This document shows positions 14,081 through 25,056 of a stretch of DNA of 64,000 nucleotides, piece by piece (the first letter of the stretch is position 1; each line of letters opens with the position of its first letter). The position numbers and the translations under genes were made by a program. The stretch lies in NCBI RefSeq assembly GCF_004010195.1, contig NC_057718.1, forward strand, positions 12,194,924 to 12,258,923, read 5' to 3'. The DNA comes from Chiloscyllium plagiosum. Its lineage: Eukaryota. The notes below the pieces were generated by a model. That model was not told where the DNA came from. It made no database searches and worked only from the letters and a program-made list of their open reading frames with translations.

Positions 14081-14266
14081 AATTGCAGCATAATTTAACC
14101 AGAAATGAGAAGTAAATTAAACGTGTACAGGAAAAGGAAATGTGATTCAAATGGATAGTCACTTTAATTGCTAGCACTGGCAAAGATACATTTTGTAGTT
14201 ATGGTTTGAATTTAGCGTGAAGAGCTAGAAATGACAATAAATGAGGCAAAGATCAATCTGTGAAGT

Positions 14267-14606
14267 CATGATGTGCAGGTGCCGGTGTTGGACTAGGGTG
14301 AACAAATTTAAAAATCATGCAACACCAGGTTATAATGCAACAGGTTTATTTGGAAGCAGTAGCTTTTGGAGCACTGCTCCGCCCATCAGGTAGCTGTGGA
14401 GCAGGATAATAAGATATAGAATTTATAGCAAAGGATTGAACAAACCTAGACTGCTGTTTAACAATATATCATTTTAGTTGCATGACACTGTAATCATTTG
14501 CCATAAATTCTGTCTTATGATCCTACCTGATGAATGAGCAGCACTCCCAAAGCTCGTGCTTCCAAATAAACCTGTTGGACTATAATCTGGTGTTGTATGA
14601 TTTTTA
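14267..14606. mobile_element. Penelope-like pLTR inverted-repeat insertion (family A)
   Basis: inverted arms; 12-bp TSD AATCTGTGAAGT at 14255-14266 and 14607-14618. Confidence 0.8.
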
Positions 14607-14756
14607 AATCTGTGAAGTGAATAACTTGTCTTTGGAGGCTGGAAAATACACATTAACAAAGTAGGTAATACCATGAGAAAGGAGTGGGAGATGGACAAGT
14701 TTATGGAGAAAACTGGAGATATATTCTGATTGAGCACATCAAGGCTGGAAATACTA

Positions 14757-14936
<180 letters not shown>

Positions 14937-15179
14937 CTAATGGAGCATTAAACACTGCCATATAAGTGGGCCAGTTTTACAAGATTATATATTTCTCTTT
15001 TTAACCTAATATCCTATCACCTGCATGTTAATGTTAAAAGGTTGTATTTATTCATCATTAACAATCTATTAAAAAATTGATGGTTAACTTTCTTTAATTA
15101 TACATAAGAAAAATGCAAAAGATTTAGATCATTATTTTAATTCATTAAATATGCTTAATAACGTGATGGATGAGGATAC

Positions 15180-15960
15180 ACATGGCGGTTTATGCATGTT
15201 TCTGCATTCAGGTCTAAAATGATATATTTTGATGGAAAGAATGAGGAAAGAGGAACAAATGAGGAAAAAGGGTGCAAAAGCTTGGGTACCTAGAGAAATG
15301 CATGTACGAGACACTGAAGATGGCATGGCAGATTAAGAAAGAGGTTAATAAGACATATGGGATCCTGATTTTTATAAATAGAGGTATAGTCTACAAAATC
15401 AAAGAAGTGACGGTGAACCTTTACATAGTCTCAACTGGAGCAGTGTGTCCAATTCTGGATGTCACACTTTAGGAAGGATGTAAAGCTTTGCAAAGGGCAT
15501 AAAAAGGATTTTTAAGAATAGTTCCAGGGATGAGAGACTTCAGTTGTACAGGTTGATTGAAAAAGCTGGGCAAGTTCTCCGTAGAGAAGCTTCAGAGGGG
15601 ATTTCAAATAGGTTAAATCATGAGGAGTCTGGGCAGAGTAGATAGGAGAAACTGTTTCCATTGATGGTTTCCATTATGACTTAAAGGACACTGATTTAAA
15701 GTGAATGGTAAAAGAACCAAAAGAACATGAAGGAAGTCATTTTCACACAGTAAATAGTTAGAATGAAGAATGCAACACCTTAGAGTGCGGTGGATGCAGA
15801 GTCAATCATGCCTTTCAAAACAGAATGAGATAATTATCTGAAATTGAAAGAAATACAGGGCTCCTGTGGAAAAAAAAGGGAATGGTACTATCTGAGTTTC
15901 TCTTGCAGAGAACTGGCACAGAAACAATGGAATGGATGGCCTCCTTGGTGAACCATTATA
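15180..15960 (+). mobile_element. old CR1 3' fragment
   Basis: YGILIFINRGIVYK.KEV..NLY, LEQCVQFW and decayed downstream CR1 C-terminus. Confidence 0.75.
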
Positions 15961-16945
15961 TGATTATAACAGCATAATAATCAAGGGTTAACAATATAAT
16001 GTCCTTAAATGTTGTTCTGCCAGCTTAATTTAGAATTATATTCAACTTCTGTTCGCATGGCAAATTATATGCAGTGCACCATTAACTTTGCAATAACACT
16101 CAGAAAACTCAAAAAATCGACTTATTATGTGAATTCAAATGCCACACTACTGCAGGTGAAGAGATTTATTAATGTTAGGATTGAGTAATATTGTATATTG
16201 GGTAGTTTCAAAGAAGTCTTTCTCTCCAGAAGTAGCAGTCACCATTTGACAAATACTCCCCGTTCTCTCCTTCATCTACTCCAGAAAGACCCTCCTATTT
16301 AAGTGTAGAAATGTAGGGAGAAGCTTGGTGACACAATGGTCTAGGTTTTCTGCCTGGATGAAATTAAAATTTTATTTCATTAAATGAAACGCATTTCTAC
16401 CACTTTCCCTTTTCGAACCCTGGATACAAAGACCACCTCTTCTGCTCTGAAGTCTGGTATTCTAAGAGGGACCTCAAAGGTTCACCATCTTCTCATTTTA
16501 CAGACTCATCACCCCTTCCCTTCTGCAAGATATTCTCAAATCCCCTTACTTTGGTAAAAACAAAAAAACTACAGATGATAGAAATCTGAAAGAAAAACAG
16601 AAAAGTGATGGAGGAACTCAACAGGTCCGACAGGATCTGAAGAGAGAAAAACAGAGTTAATGTTTCGAGTCCAGTGCCACTTTGGTAGCAGCCAGTTGTT
16701 CTGTGACTGGCTAAACCAGGCAGGCATCTGCCACTTTCTATCTGTTTTGGATGAGCAGCAGATAAGCAACATGCAGACAAGCTTGGCAATTAAGATAAAC
16801 TGGGACGAAAATACAGGCCTATGTATGCACTCTGCATTCACCTGCTCTCCAACTTGAACCATCCTATGAGTTAAAACTGACAGCAATAATTCAGTTTCAC
16901 TATGCTCTAAAATAAGGTAAGCAATAATGATGTTTTTAAACTCAC

Positions 16946-17070
16946 CTTGCAGTTCAACACATAGATTTTGTTGTCTGCGCAGGTTATCAAGGTTTGGTCA
17001 TCTGGACTAAAGCATAAATATAAAACTTTTCCCAGCAGGGTTCCTACAACATTTCCTCTAGGGTCCAAGC
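16946..17070 (-). CDS. WDR27: WDR27 coding exon (GLDPRGNVVGTLLGKVLYLCFSPDDQTLITCADNKIYVLNCK)
   Basis: cttgcag acceptor, gtgagt donor; 125 bp, phase 1 to 0; matches the recalled human [25 protein letters not shown]. Confidence 0.95.
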
Positions 17071-18178
17071 CTGCAAGTATCAAATCAAAAATTACAGAAG
17101 TACAAATATATACAGATATTAAGCCAAGGTTTTAGTCACCAGTAATTCTTTCTACATTCTAAACAGAGTTGCAGAAGATATTTGACAATGTGACACAGAG
17201 GAGACAACACTAATAGAAAATATTAGGTGCAATTCAGCACACTGGATTAAAAAATATACATAGGGAAGGAAACAGGAAATTTCTTCAGGCAGTGGGAAGG
17301 GTATTGCATTGCCCCTCATGATTAACATGGGGATAGTGCAAGAAACTGGTGGTGAAGTAGAAGATCAACCATGATCTCACTGAATGCCAGGTGACCCTTC
17401 GAATCTACTCCCGCATTCAGTGAGGTCGTGGCTGATCTTCTACTTCAACACCGGTATCCTGCACTAACCCCATGTCCCATTAGAAGGCAAGAGTTTCCTT
17501 TTGTAACTATGTAAACCAATGGTTTGGATATATGACATGAAGACATATTTTATCCCTAAAGAAGAATCACAGTAAATCATTCTAAAGATCAAAGCATGTG
17601 ACATTGGGATGTTGATAATATGGAATGGACAAAAGTTAGGAGATGATTTCAGTATCATTAAATATGGTTGCTGCATGTTGTGGTATCATGAAGTCATGTA
17701 ATTTCTTCTGTTGTAAGGGAGAACTACAGATTCATGATTCTGACTTCACTAGAAATACCAAATAAAGGATATCTCCTTGCATTTATTCACAATGTTGCCA
17801 CATATTTGGGATGGTTTTGACTTTGTGGGATAGTGTAAAAGGAGACAATGGCAAATCATTGCCTAAAATGGAAATAAAATTTGGTAGAGATGCTGTTGAT
17901 TCACTGTTATCCATTTTTTACCATCATGGTCATCCATCCCTGACTCTGTCTAGACAATGATTTTTTTTATTATTCCTAAATTGTCTTAACAAGTGTACAA
18001 CTTAAATTGGCAATAGCACAATCTCATGTCACTGTTCCACACTATCTAAGCATAAATAACTTTTCTCTGTATTTAGATTTCATGATAAAATAACTCCATC
18101 TTTCTCACTGTCCACATGATGAATAATTATTCATCCTTGGTGCTTTAATTGTTGCAAAATATTAGTATAATGTATAAC

Positions 18179-18320
18179 CTTGTTGGAGACTCATTCGACA
18201 TGCTTCCACATCCCATATAATGACATAATCTTCGGCTGCAGAACACAGAAGTGTTGGTTCATTGTGGTTTCCAAATGCCAGTGCAGTAATTGGTTGATGG
18301 TGGCCTTTTAACTCCAAGGT
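18179..18320 (-). CDS. WDR27: WDR27 coding exon (TLELKGHHQPITALAFGNHNEPTLLCSAAEDYVIIWDVEACRMSLQQ)
   Basis: ttttctatag acceptor, gttata donor; 142 bp, phase 0 to 1; near-identical to the recalled human LRGHHQPITAMAFGN...LICSASLDYVIMWN. Confidence 0.96.
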
Positions 18321-19078
18321 CTATAGAAAATAGATGCATGGAACTATCAATTACTTTACACTTAAATAAGAACATGGACTTGAACCACTGCATTCAGAAT
18401 ATTCCAAATGCAGGACATACTGAATAAAATACAATTAATTAACTAGGATGGAAAGATTCTGGATTATTAATTTCTCCACGTAAATGCGATTGTTTGCTAT
18501 TTTAACCTATTTCCCACCCAACTGAGGCAGCCAAACTTGGTTCCAAACAAACAAGACTGACTTTTGTTCCATAATACTAAAACAATCTACAACTGCATGT
18601 TTTATTTGAAGATAAGCAAAGATACATCATACCCAAACAATCTGCAACTTAATGTTTTATTTGAAGAAAAGCACTCCTGGAGAATCAAATTCACACTTGT
18701 TTTGAAAAATGAATGAACACACAGCTTTTATATGCAAATAACACTGTAGGGTTTTTTTATATTTGTCAACCATTCATTCCAGTAGCATGTTCATTTATAA
18801 AACTCAAGCTACTCAGCCTTAAAAAACAGATGACTTCAACCAACAATCATACAGTTATTTGAAAGTCGTACCAGGATAGCAAAAATATGTGAAGAGCATT
18901 TATTTCTGCAATTTTTAGTGTAACTACAGAGTAAAGGCAGCATAGTGTTGCTTCTTTGCAAGGATATTCACATGTAACTGATTTTGTACTGAGACATTGA
19001 TATTCAAAGTTTGTGCGAAGATTTGTAGCTCGGGTGCTCATTGTTGTGGTTCTGTTCGCCGAGCTGGAAGTTTTTGTT

Positions 19079-19118
19079 GCAAACGTTTCGTCCCCTGGCT
19101 AGGCGACATCATCAGTGC
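19079..19118 (-). ncRNA. minimal hammerhead ribozyme motif, family B
   Basis: GCA-CUGAUGA-u-GUCgCCU(agcc)AGGgGAC-GAAA-CG-UU-UGC. Confidence 0.7.
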
Positions 19119-19524
19119 TTGGGAGCCTCCTGCGAAGCGCTTCTTTGATGTTTCCTCCCGTGTTTATAGTGGTCTGTCCCTGCCGCTTCCGGTTGTCAGT
19201 TTCAGCTGTCCGCTGTAGTGGTTGGTATATTGGGTCCAGGTCGATGTGTTTGTTGATGGAGTTTGTGGATGAATGCCATGCCTCTAGGAATTCCCTGGCT
19301 GTTCTCTGTCTGGCTTGCCCTATGATAGTAGTGTTGTCCCAGTCGAATTCATGTTGCTAGAGGCATGGCATTCATCCACAAACTCCATCAACAAACACAT
19401 CGACCTGGACCCAATATACCAACCACTACAGCGGACAGCTGAAACTGACAACAGGAAGCGGCAGGGACAGACCACTATAAAACCAGAGGAAACATCAAAG
19501 AAGCGCTTCGCAGCAGGCTCCCAA

Positions 19525-19564
19525 GCACTGATGATGTCGCCTAACCAGGGGACGAAACGTTTGC
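19525..19564 (+). ncRNA. minimal hammerhead ribozyme motif, family B
   Basis: same motif with an intact core; predicted cleavage after 19561. Confidence 0.7.
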
Positions 19565-19602
19565 AACAAAAACTTACAGCTCGGCGAACAGAACCACAAC
19601 AA

Positions 19603-19955
19603 ACATATAAAATTATGAAGGGAATAGATAAGATAGAAGCAGGGAGGTTGTTTCCACTGGTGGGTGAAACTACAACTTAGGGGACATAGCCTCAAAATAA
19701 GGGGAGACAGATTTAGGACTGAGTGGAGGAAGAATTTCTTCTGTCAATCTGTGGAATTCCCTGCCCAATGAAGTAATTGTGGCTACTTCATTGAATGTTC
19801 TTAACACACAGATAGATTTTTGAACACTAAAGGAATTAAGGGTTATGGGTAAGTGGAGCTGAGTACACATAAAGATCAACCATGACCTTATTGAATGGTG
19901 GAGCAGGCTTGATTGGCCAGATCGTCTATCCTTCTCCTATTTCCTATGTTCTTAT
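19603..19955 (+). mobile_element. CR1 3' fragment
   Basis: TYKIMKGIDKIEAGRLFPLVGE and a (tatgttct)-type tail. Confidence 0.85.
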
Positions 19956-20044
19956 GTAACCTCGATGTTGGGGAATCTATTGAAAGCAATTCTGAGGGAC
20001 AGAATTTTAAGGGGCAGGGATTAGTAATTTGCACTGTATCCATT

Positions 20045-20535
20045 TCTTTTTCTTTCTCTCTTGTATTTTTCACATCTTCTGTCCTCTTTTTTCTTTGACC
20101 TCCGGCCTCAGTGCGGACTCTGCAGTCTGCCAGCCCAATGTGGTGGTCTTTTGGCAATACATGGTGGTCTTTCATCCCAGCATGGCCTCAGCATGGACTT
20201 CTGCTCTCAGGTTGATTCCAGCGTAGTGTCCCGGCCTCAAGAGCCTCGAGGTGAAGCCTGGTGCATTCTGGAGTCAGGGTCCGGTGCGGAATGGAGTCTA
20301 ACTGCTAGCATGGACTGGGTTGGAAGCACTGTTGTTCTGAACTTTTTATTTCTCTATCTTTCTAATTTGTTCCTACGATCTGCAATGCTGGATTTCTATT
20401 TCTTTATTTTTCTAATTTTTTTCCAAAGAACTTGTACTGAAGAATCTGTACCTAGGTAACTAAGATGGCACCATAAGTGGCAACTTGTAAACTTTTCCCT
20501 GTATTCATTTGAGTACATGTGATAATAAAGCTAGT
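20045..20535 (+). mobile_element. unclassified retroposon 3' end
   Basis: GC-richer body, T-rich tract, then AAGATGGCACC...GAGTACATGTGATAATAAAG terminus; family not identified. Confidence 0.4.
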
Positions 20536-20544
20536 TCAGTAATC

Positions 20545-21070
20545 AAGGTCAGTTGGCATGATTTTGTCGAGGACGTCATGTATAACCACCTTGATTGAAT
20601 TTGTCAAAGAGGTGACCAGATGTGTAGATGAAGGCAATGCTTTTGATGTGACCTACTTGGACTTCAACAAGGCTTTTAATAAGGTCCTGCTTGGGTCACT
20701 GATAGCAAAGATAAGAGCACATGGGATCCAATGAAATTTAATAACTTGGATTCACAATTAGCTGAGTGGCAAAAAGCAGAGGGAGATGTTTGAGGTACGT
20801 TTTTCCAACAGAAAATCTGTGCCCATTGGGGTTCTGCAGAGGTCATTGTTGGGTCCTTCTCTGTTTGTAGTTTTTATAAATGATTTAGACTTAAATGTAG
20901 AAGATTGATCAGTAATTTGCAGGTGATAAAAAAATTGGTGAGGTGGCAAATTGTGAGGAGGATAGCCTTAGATTATAGGAGGCCTGATGAATTGGCAAAT
21001 GAACTTTAATCTTGATAAACGTGAGGTGATGCATTTTAGCAGAACCAGCAAGACAAAGGAGTACATGATG
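20545..21070 (+). mobile_element. decayed CR1 RT fragment
   Basis: TTLIEFV.EVT..VDEGNAFDVTYLDFNKAFNKV and GSLLGPSLF-like motifs. Confidence 0.8.
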
Positions 21071-21719
21071 AAGAAAACAAAGATCTATGGATGCTAGAAA
21101 TCAGAAATTGTTGGAAACACTGGGACTGGCAGTATGAGTGGTGAGAGCATTAATGTTTTGGGTACAGTGACCATCTTTAGAACATTTATTTAATATGATC
21201 GTTTATTGTTCAGTATTTTTGAGTTGAATTCCAGCAGTTGTGTTGCACTTAACGTAGTGTTAACTAACTTTTTAAATTTATTGATAGCAACTCCAGCAAG
21301 AAAAAACAAAGTGAAGCCTCCTTTGGAAATGAAAAACTCATCAGGAAGAAAATCTACATTTAACATTAAAATGCAGAATGTAGAACTGGGAAACTCTATT
21401 TATCCAGCCCCTTCTGGAGAGAGTATGAATAAGCTTTCAGAAGAAAGTAGCTTGAAGGTACAAAGTAGAACTTAAGCTTTTTACACCGAACAAGCATGAG
21501 TTTGTTGTGGATGTGAAATGTTAATAACAACTTCCTTTGATGCTGCTGTATGAAAATCTGTCAGGAGTTTTACATAGTGTAATTTATGTTCAGAAACCTT
21601 ATTCTGTTATTTTGTACTTGAAGACCTATTTCAAGCAGGATTTGCTTCTTCTCTGTCCACTTGTCTGTGCCTGGTTATCCAGCGATATGAAGTGTGCGGG
21701 GACAAGCAGTGGACTTGAT

Positions 21720-22021
21720 GTTGTTGTTCTGTTCGCCGAGCTGGAAGTTTTTGTTGCAAATGTTTCGTCCCCTGGCTAGGCGACATCATCAGTGCTTGGG
21801 AGCCTCCTGCGAAGCGCTTCTTTGTTGTTTCCTCCGGTGTTTATAGTGGTCAGTACAGCTGAAACTGACAACCGGAAGCGGCAGGGACAGACCATTATAA
21901 ACACCGGAGGAAACATCAAAGAAGCGCTTCGCAGGAGGCTCCCAAGCACTGATGATGTCGCCTAGCCAGGGGACGAAACGTTTGCAACAAAAACTTCCAG
22001 CTCGGCGAACAGAACCACAAC
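21720..22021. mobile_element. young Penelope-like pLTR hairpin (family B)
   Basis: arms ~21720-21851 and ~21890-22021 inverted; nearly identical to the 19007-19602 element. Confidence 0.9.
21946..21985 (+). ncRNA. minimal hammerhead ribozyme motif, family B
   Basis: same motif with an intact core; predicted cleavage after 21982. Confidence 0.7.
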
Positions 22022-22924
22022 AGACATTGATATACATTAAATTTCTTAGATTATTTGTGGTGCTTCCAGATACGTGAAAAACCCACAGCCAACCATTTAC
22101 ATGCTCCATCTATCACTAAAGAAGAGCTCAAACAAGTCAGCTGTATTTACATCATTAAAGCGCTAGCATAGATTTATACATCCAAAGTCTTAGTCATGGA
22201 TCATCCAACAGTCAACTACATGAGTATAACGGAGATCTCTGGCGTCTGCTGTGAATGTTTTTGAATTTTCCTTGCAGAAACCTGAAAAATTGCTTGGGAC
22301 CCTCTCCCTATGCAATCAAAGGAACAAGCAACTGAAATGGTATCTCCAAAGTTCATAGCACTGTTCTGCATAATAGTGGAAAAGAAGCATCAAAGAAAAC
22401 AATGTCTAAAGCTAAGGCACAATGGCAAATGGCAGCAGCCAATTGGCTGGGACTCCATGGTGACACTGCAATTTTATGCCTACCAAAGGACAGGAAATCT
22501 TTAACCTAGCAGTTATTCAAGAAGTGAGAGGAAATTATTGTTTTTTCCTGTATGGTTGGGATTAGATTCAACAAATTGTCCTGCTTATTAATATCTATGT
22601 TGAATCAGAAACCATTTATAGTGTTACTCACATGATCACTGTCATTCAACAACATAGTTTGGATTTTCAATTTACCACCTAGGAATACACAGTGGCACTG
22701 TAATTCAGTTACCTTTTATACAATCATCTCAATTTTCACAGTGATTGAAAGTAATTTCAATTTTGCATGATATATAATCTGCAAAGCATTTTAAACCAAG
22801 GCAGCAAGTTGAAAATATATCCCTCAGCAACGAAGGAAAACTAATTTATGTTTTTACTGACTATTTGAGAATTTTCTTGGTGCAGAGTTATCACCCGTAA
22901 TCATATTGCCAACTTATGTTTTGT

Positions 22925-23545
22925 TCTTTCACAAGGTGTAGGTGTATTGGTTTGTCCATTTGTTGCCCAACTCTAATTGCTTCGAGAAGGTAATGGTAAA
23001 ACATCTTTTTCAACCACTGCAGTCCATGAAGGACAGGTACACCCACAGTAGTGTTACGGAGGGAGTTCAAGGATTTTGATCCACTGACAGTGAAGGAACA
23101 GTGATATATTTCCAGTTCAGGATGATGCATGAAGGGAAATTGGCAGGTGGTGGTGTTCCCAAGCATTTGTTGCTCTTGTTCTTTTAGATGATAAAGACTG
23201 CACGTTTAAAAGATGCTGTCAAAGGAAGTTTGAAAAATTGCTGCTGTGCATCTTGCATATGTTGCATACTAATGTCACTGAGCATTGTTGATGGAAGGAC
23301 TGAATGTTGAGGTTGGTGGCCAAGATGCCAACCAAGTGGACTACTTGGCCTGGATGGTTTCGATCTTGTTGCAGCTGCATTCATCCAAGCATGTGGAGTG
23401 TATTCCATCACATTTCTGACAAGTGGACTAGTTTTAAGAAATCATGAGATGAGTTACCTGCCACAAAATTCCCAGCCTTTGACCAGCTCTTGTAGCCACA
23501 AATATGGCTAAACAGTTACTATATGGCTGTTCAGTTCAGGATGCC
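22925..23545 (-). mobile_element. old non-LTR retrotransposon 3' fragment
   Basis: MMEYTPHAWMNAAAT-like RT C-terminal motif and a decayed 3' UTR. Confidence 0.6.
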
Positions 23546-23874
23546 AGAATTCAAAGTAAGCATTTAAATAACCTGAAAGATCTGCTGTGATAAATTTCAA
23601 AACTTCTAGTCCCATTTGCAGTGAATTCTAGTCCTAAGCATAAAATCAGTACACTATTTGGCACTAATTTGAGCTTATGGTCATTCCTGCTTTTCAAAAA
23701 TAGTTTTTAATTAATATTTAAAAATGGACATAAACACTGCAGTAAATGTCTGCATTAACATAATAGATAGTGCAGGAAAATTCCAAATAATGAAGATCAG
23801 TAAATACTACTGATCGAACTAGAGTTCCAACAACACAGTACTGTGTGCTCTACAGGATAATCCCACGAATGCAT

Positions 23875-24330
23875 ACTGAGGTGAACATTAACTGCAGTTG
23901 AAGACCATCAAGTTTGTGAAGAAGATTCTTTTGTCCAAAACTCTGTCCAAACTTGCTGATCTTCTAGTGTCCATAACCAAGTACTGCTCACTGGTACATT
24001 CCACAATTCGAGACTATACCTTAAGGGATGCACTCAAGCTTGGGACAACTGCCACAGAGTCGGATGGGAAAGGCCACAATCCAGGCCTTTCAGCCATACC
24101 ATACCAAGGGACTGGAAACTGTGTAGAACCCCTGAGGCTGAATGCTAGTCATGAATTTTTTGTGAAATTGCAATAATATTGAGACATTTCAGCAAAGAAC
24201 CTGCATTATGGAGAAAATTTTTAATTTTATTGCATTTTCTATAATATTCAAGTTTAAATGTTTTGGAATGCATCTTTACAAATTTTATGAATCATGTATA
24301 TTTTTGAATTTTAGAAATCTGTCTTTAATT
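23875..24330 (+). mobile_element. decayed Tx1/L1-like 3' end
   Basis: HSTIRDYTLRDALKLGTTA resembles the Tx1-type ORF2 C-terminus; AT-rich tail. Confidence 0.55.
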
Positions 24331-24452
24331 TATGTCACTGGCTTTGCAATAATGGAGGTGATGCACTGTTGCACCTGTGCTGAAGTTATTGTCTTTACAC
24401 TCTCTACCTTCACCCGCACCACTCACTCTCTCTCTCAAGAACTTAGCACCTG

Positions 24453-24466
24453 GTTGCCACAGTAAC
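24453..24466. promoter_or_regulatory. RFX X-box-like site GTTGCCACAGTAAC
   Basis: fits GTNRCC-N2-RGYAAC exactly; about 26 bp from a minus-strand GA|gtgagt donor at 24426. Confidence 0.45.
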
Positions 24467-24927
24467 AGCGACAGGGAAGAATTACAACAGGTTAAAAATA
24501 ACTGAAACATTCACAATTACTGACTTCGTTCAAGGAACCAGCTAGTCAAGATCAGATTGAAACCTTACGCCGCAAAGACAACCAAAGAAAACTAAACCGC
24601 ATATTCTTTTATCTTCCTTTGCATTGGACATTGCCTCCTAAAATAACATTCGATGAGATCCAGCTGATTGACCTCATTACACTCCTGAAACTCCCTTTAA
24701 CTTTGTACCTGTGGGTGGGCCTACATATAGCCATATACTTGACTTAATATTTTTATTATTTTTCTCAGATTTAACCAGTCTCTCTCTTTGAGTCAAGAAA
24801 ACACAATTAATTAACACTTTATTGTTCAGAGAAAAACATAGTCAATTACATTTTGAACTGCAGTTAAGTATAGCTTAATGCAAAAAATAAATTTAAACCT
24901 TCATTGGGACCAACCAAGGAATATTAT

Positions 24928-25056
24928 ATTAGATTAGATTACCCACAGTGTGGAAACAGGCCCTTCGGCCCAACCAGTCCACACCGACCCTCTGAAGAGT
25001 AACCCACCCAGACCTATTTCCCTCTGACTAATCCATCTAATACTATGGGTAATTTA
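24928..25056 (-). mobile_element. 3' third of an HE1-like SINE, truncated exactly where the 42-bp array begins
   Basis: aligns by eye with 7670-7793 and 59930-60066 up to GGG(T/C)AATTTA. Confidence 0.85.

Larger units (their letters stand above)
19007..19602. mobile_element. young Penelope-like pLTR hairpin (family B) with a complete 3' tail at its left end
   Basis: arms ~19041-19289 and ~19358-19602 are near-perfect reverse complements; encodes LEAWHSSTNSINKHIDLDPIYQPL (PLE C-terminus). Confidence 0.9.

Noticed and set aside
18365..18422. Minus-strand SCIWNIL resembling WDR27 LCIWN
   Set aside because: Better explained as a decayed CR1 HLEYCVQFW-type fragment; no good donor
22278..22339. 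Plus-strand exon-like piece that could splice to 21288-21457
   Set aside because: Lies outside the TSD-bounded insert, has a weak donor and an unrecognised peptide
22355..22490. Minus-strand QLAAAICHCALALD resembling WDR27 QLACSMQDCAFPLD as the missing first coding exon
   Set aside because: Similarity is short, there is no in-frame ATG or suitably placed phase-0 donor, and the frame ends in a stop; chance is likely, though a decayed relic cannot be excluded
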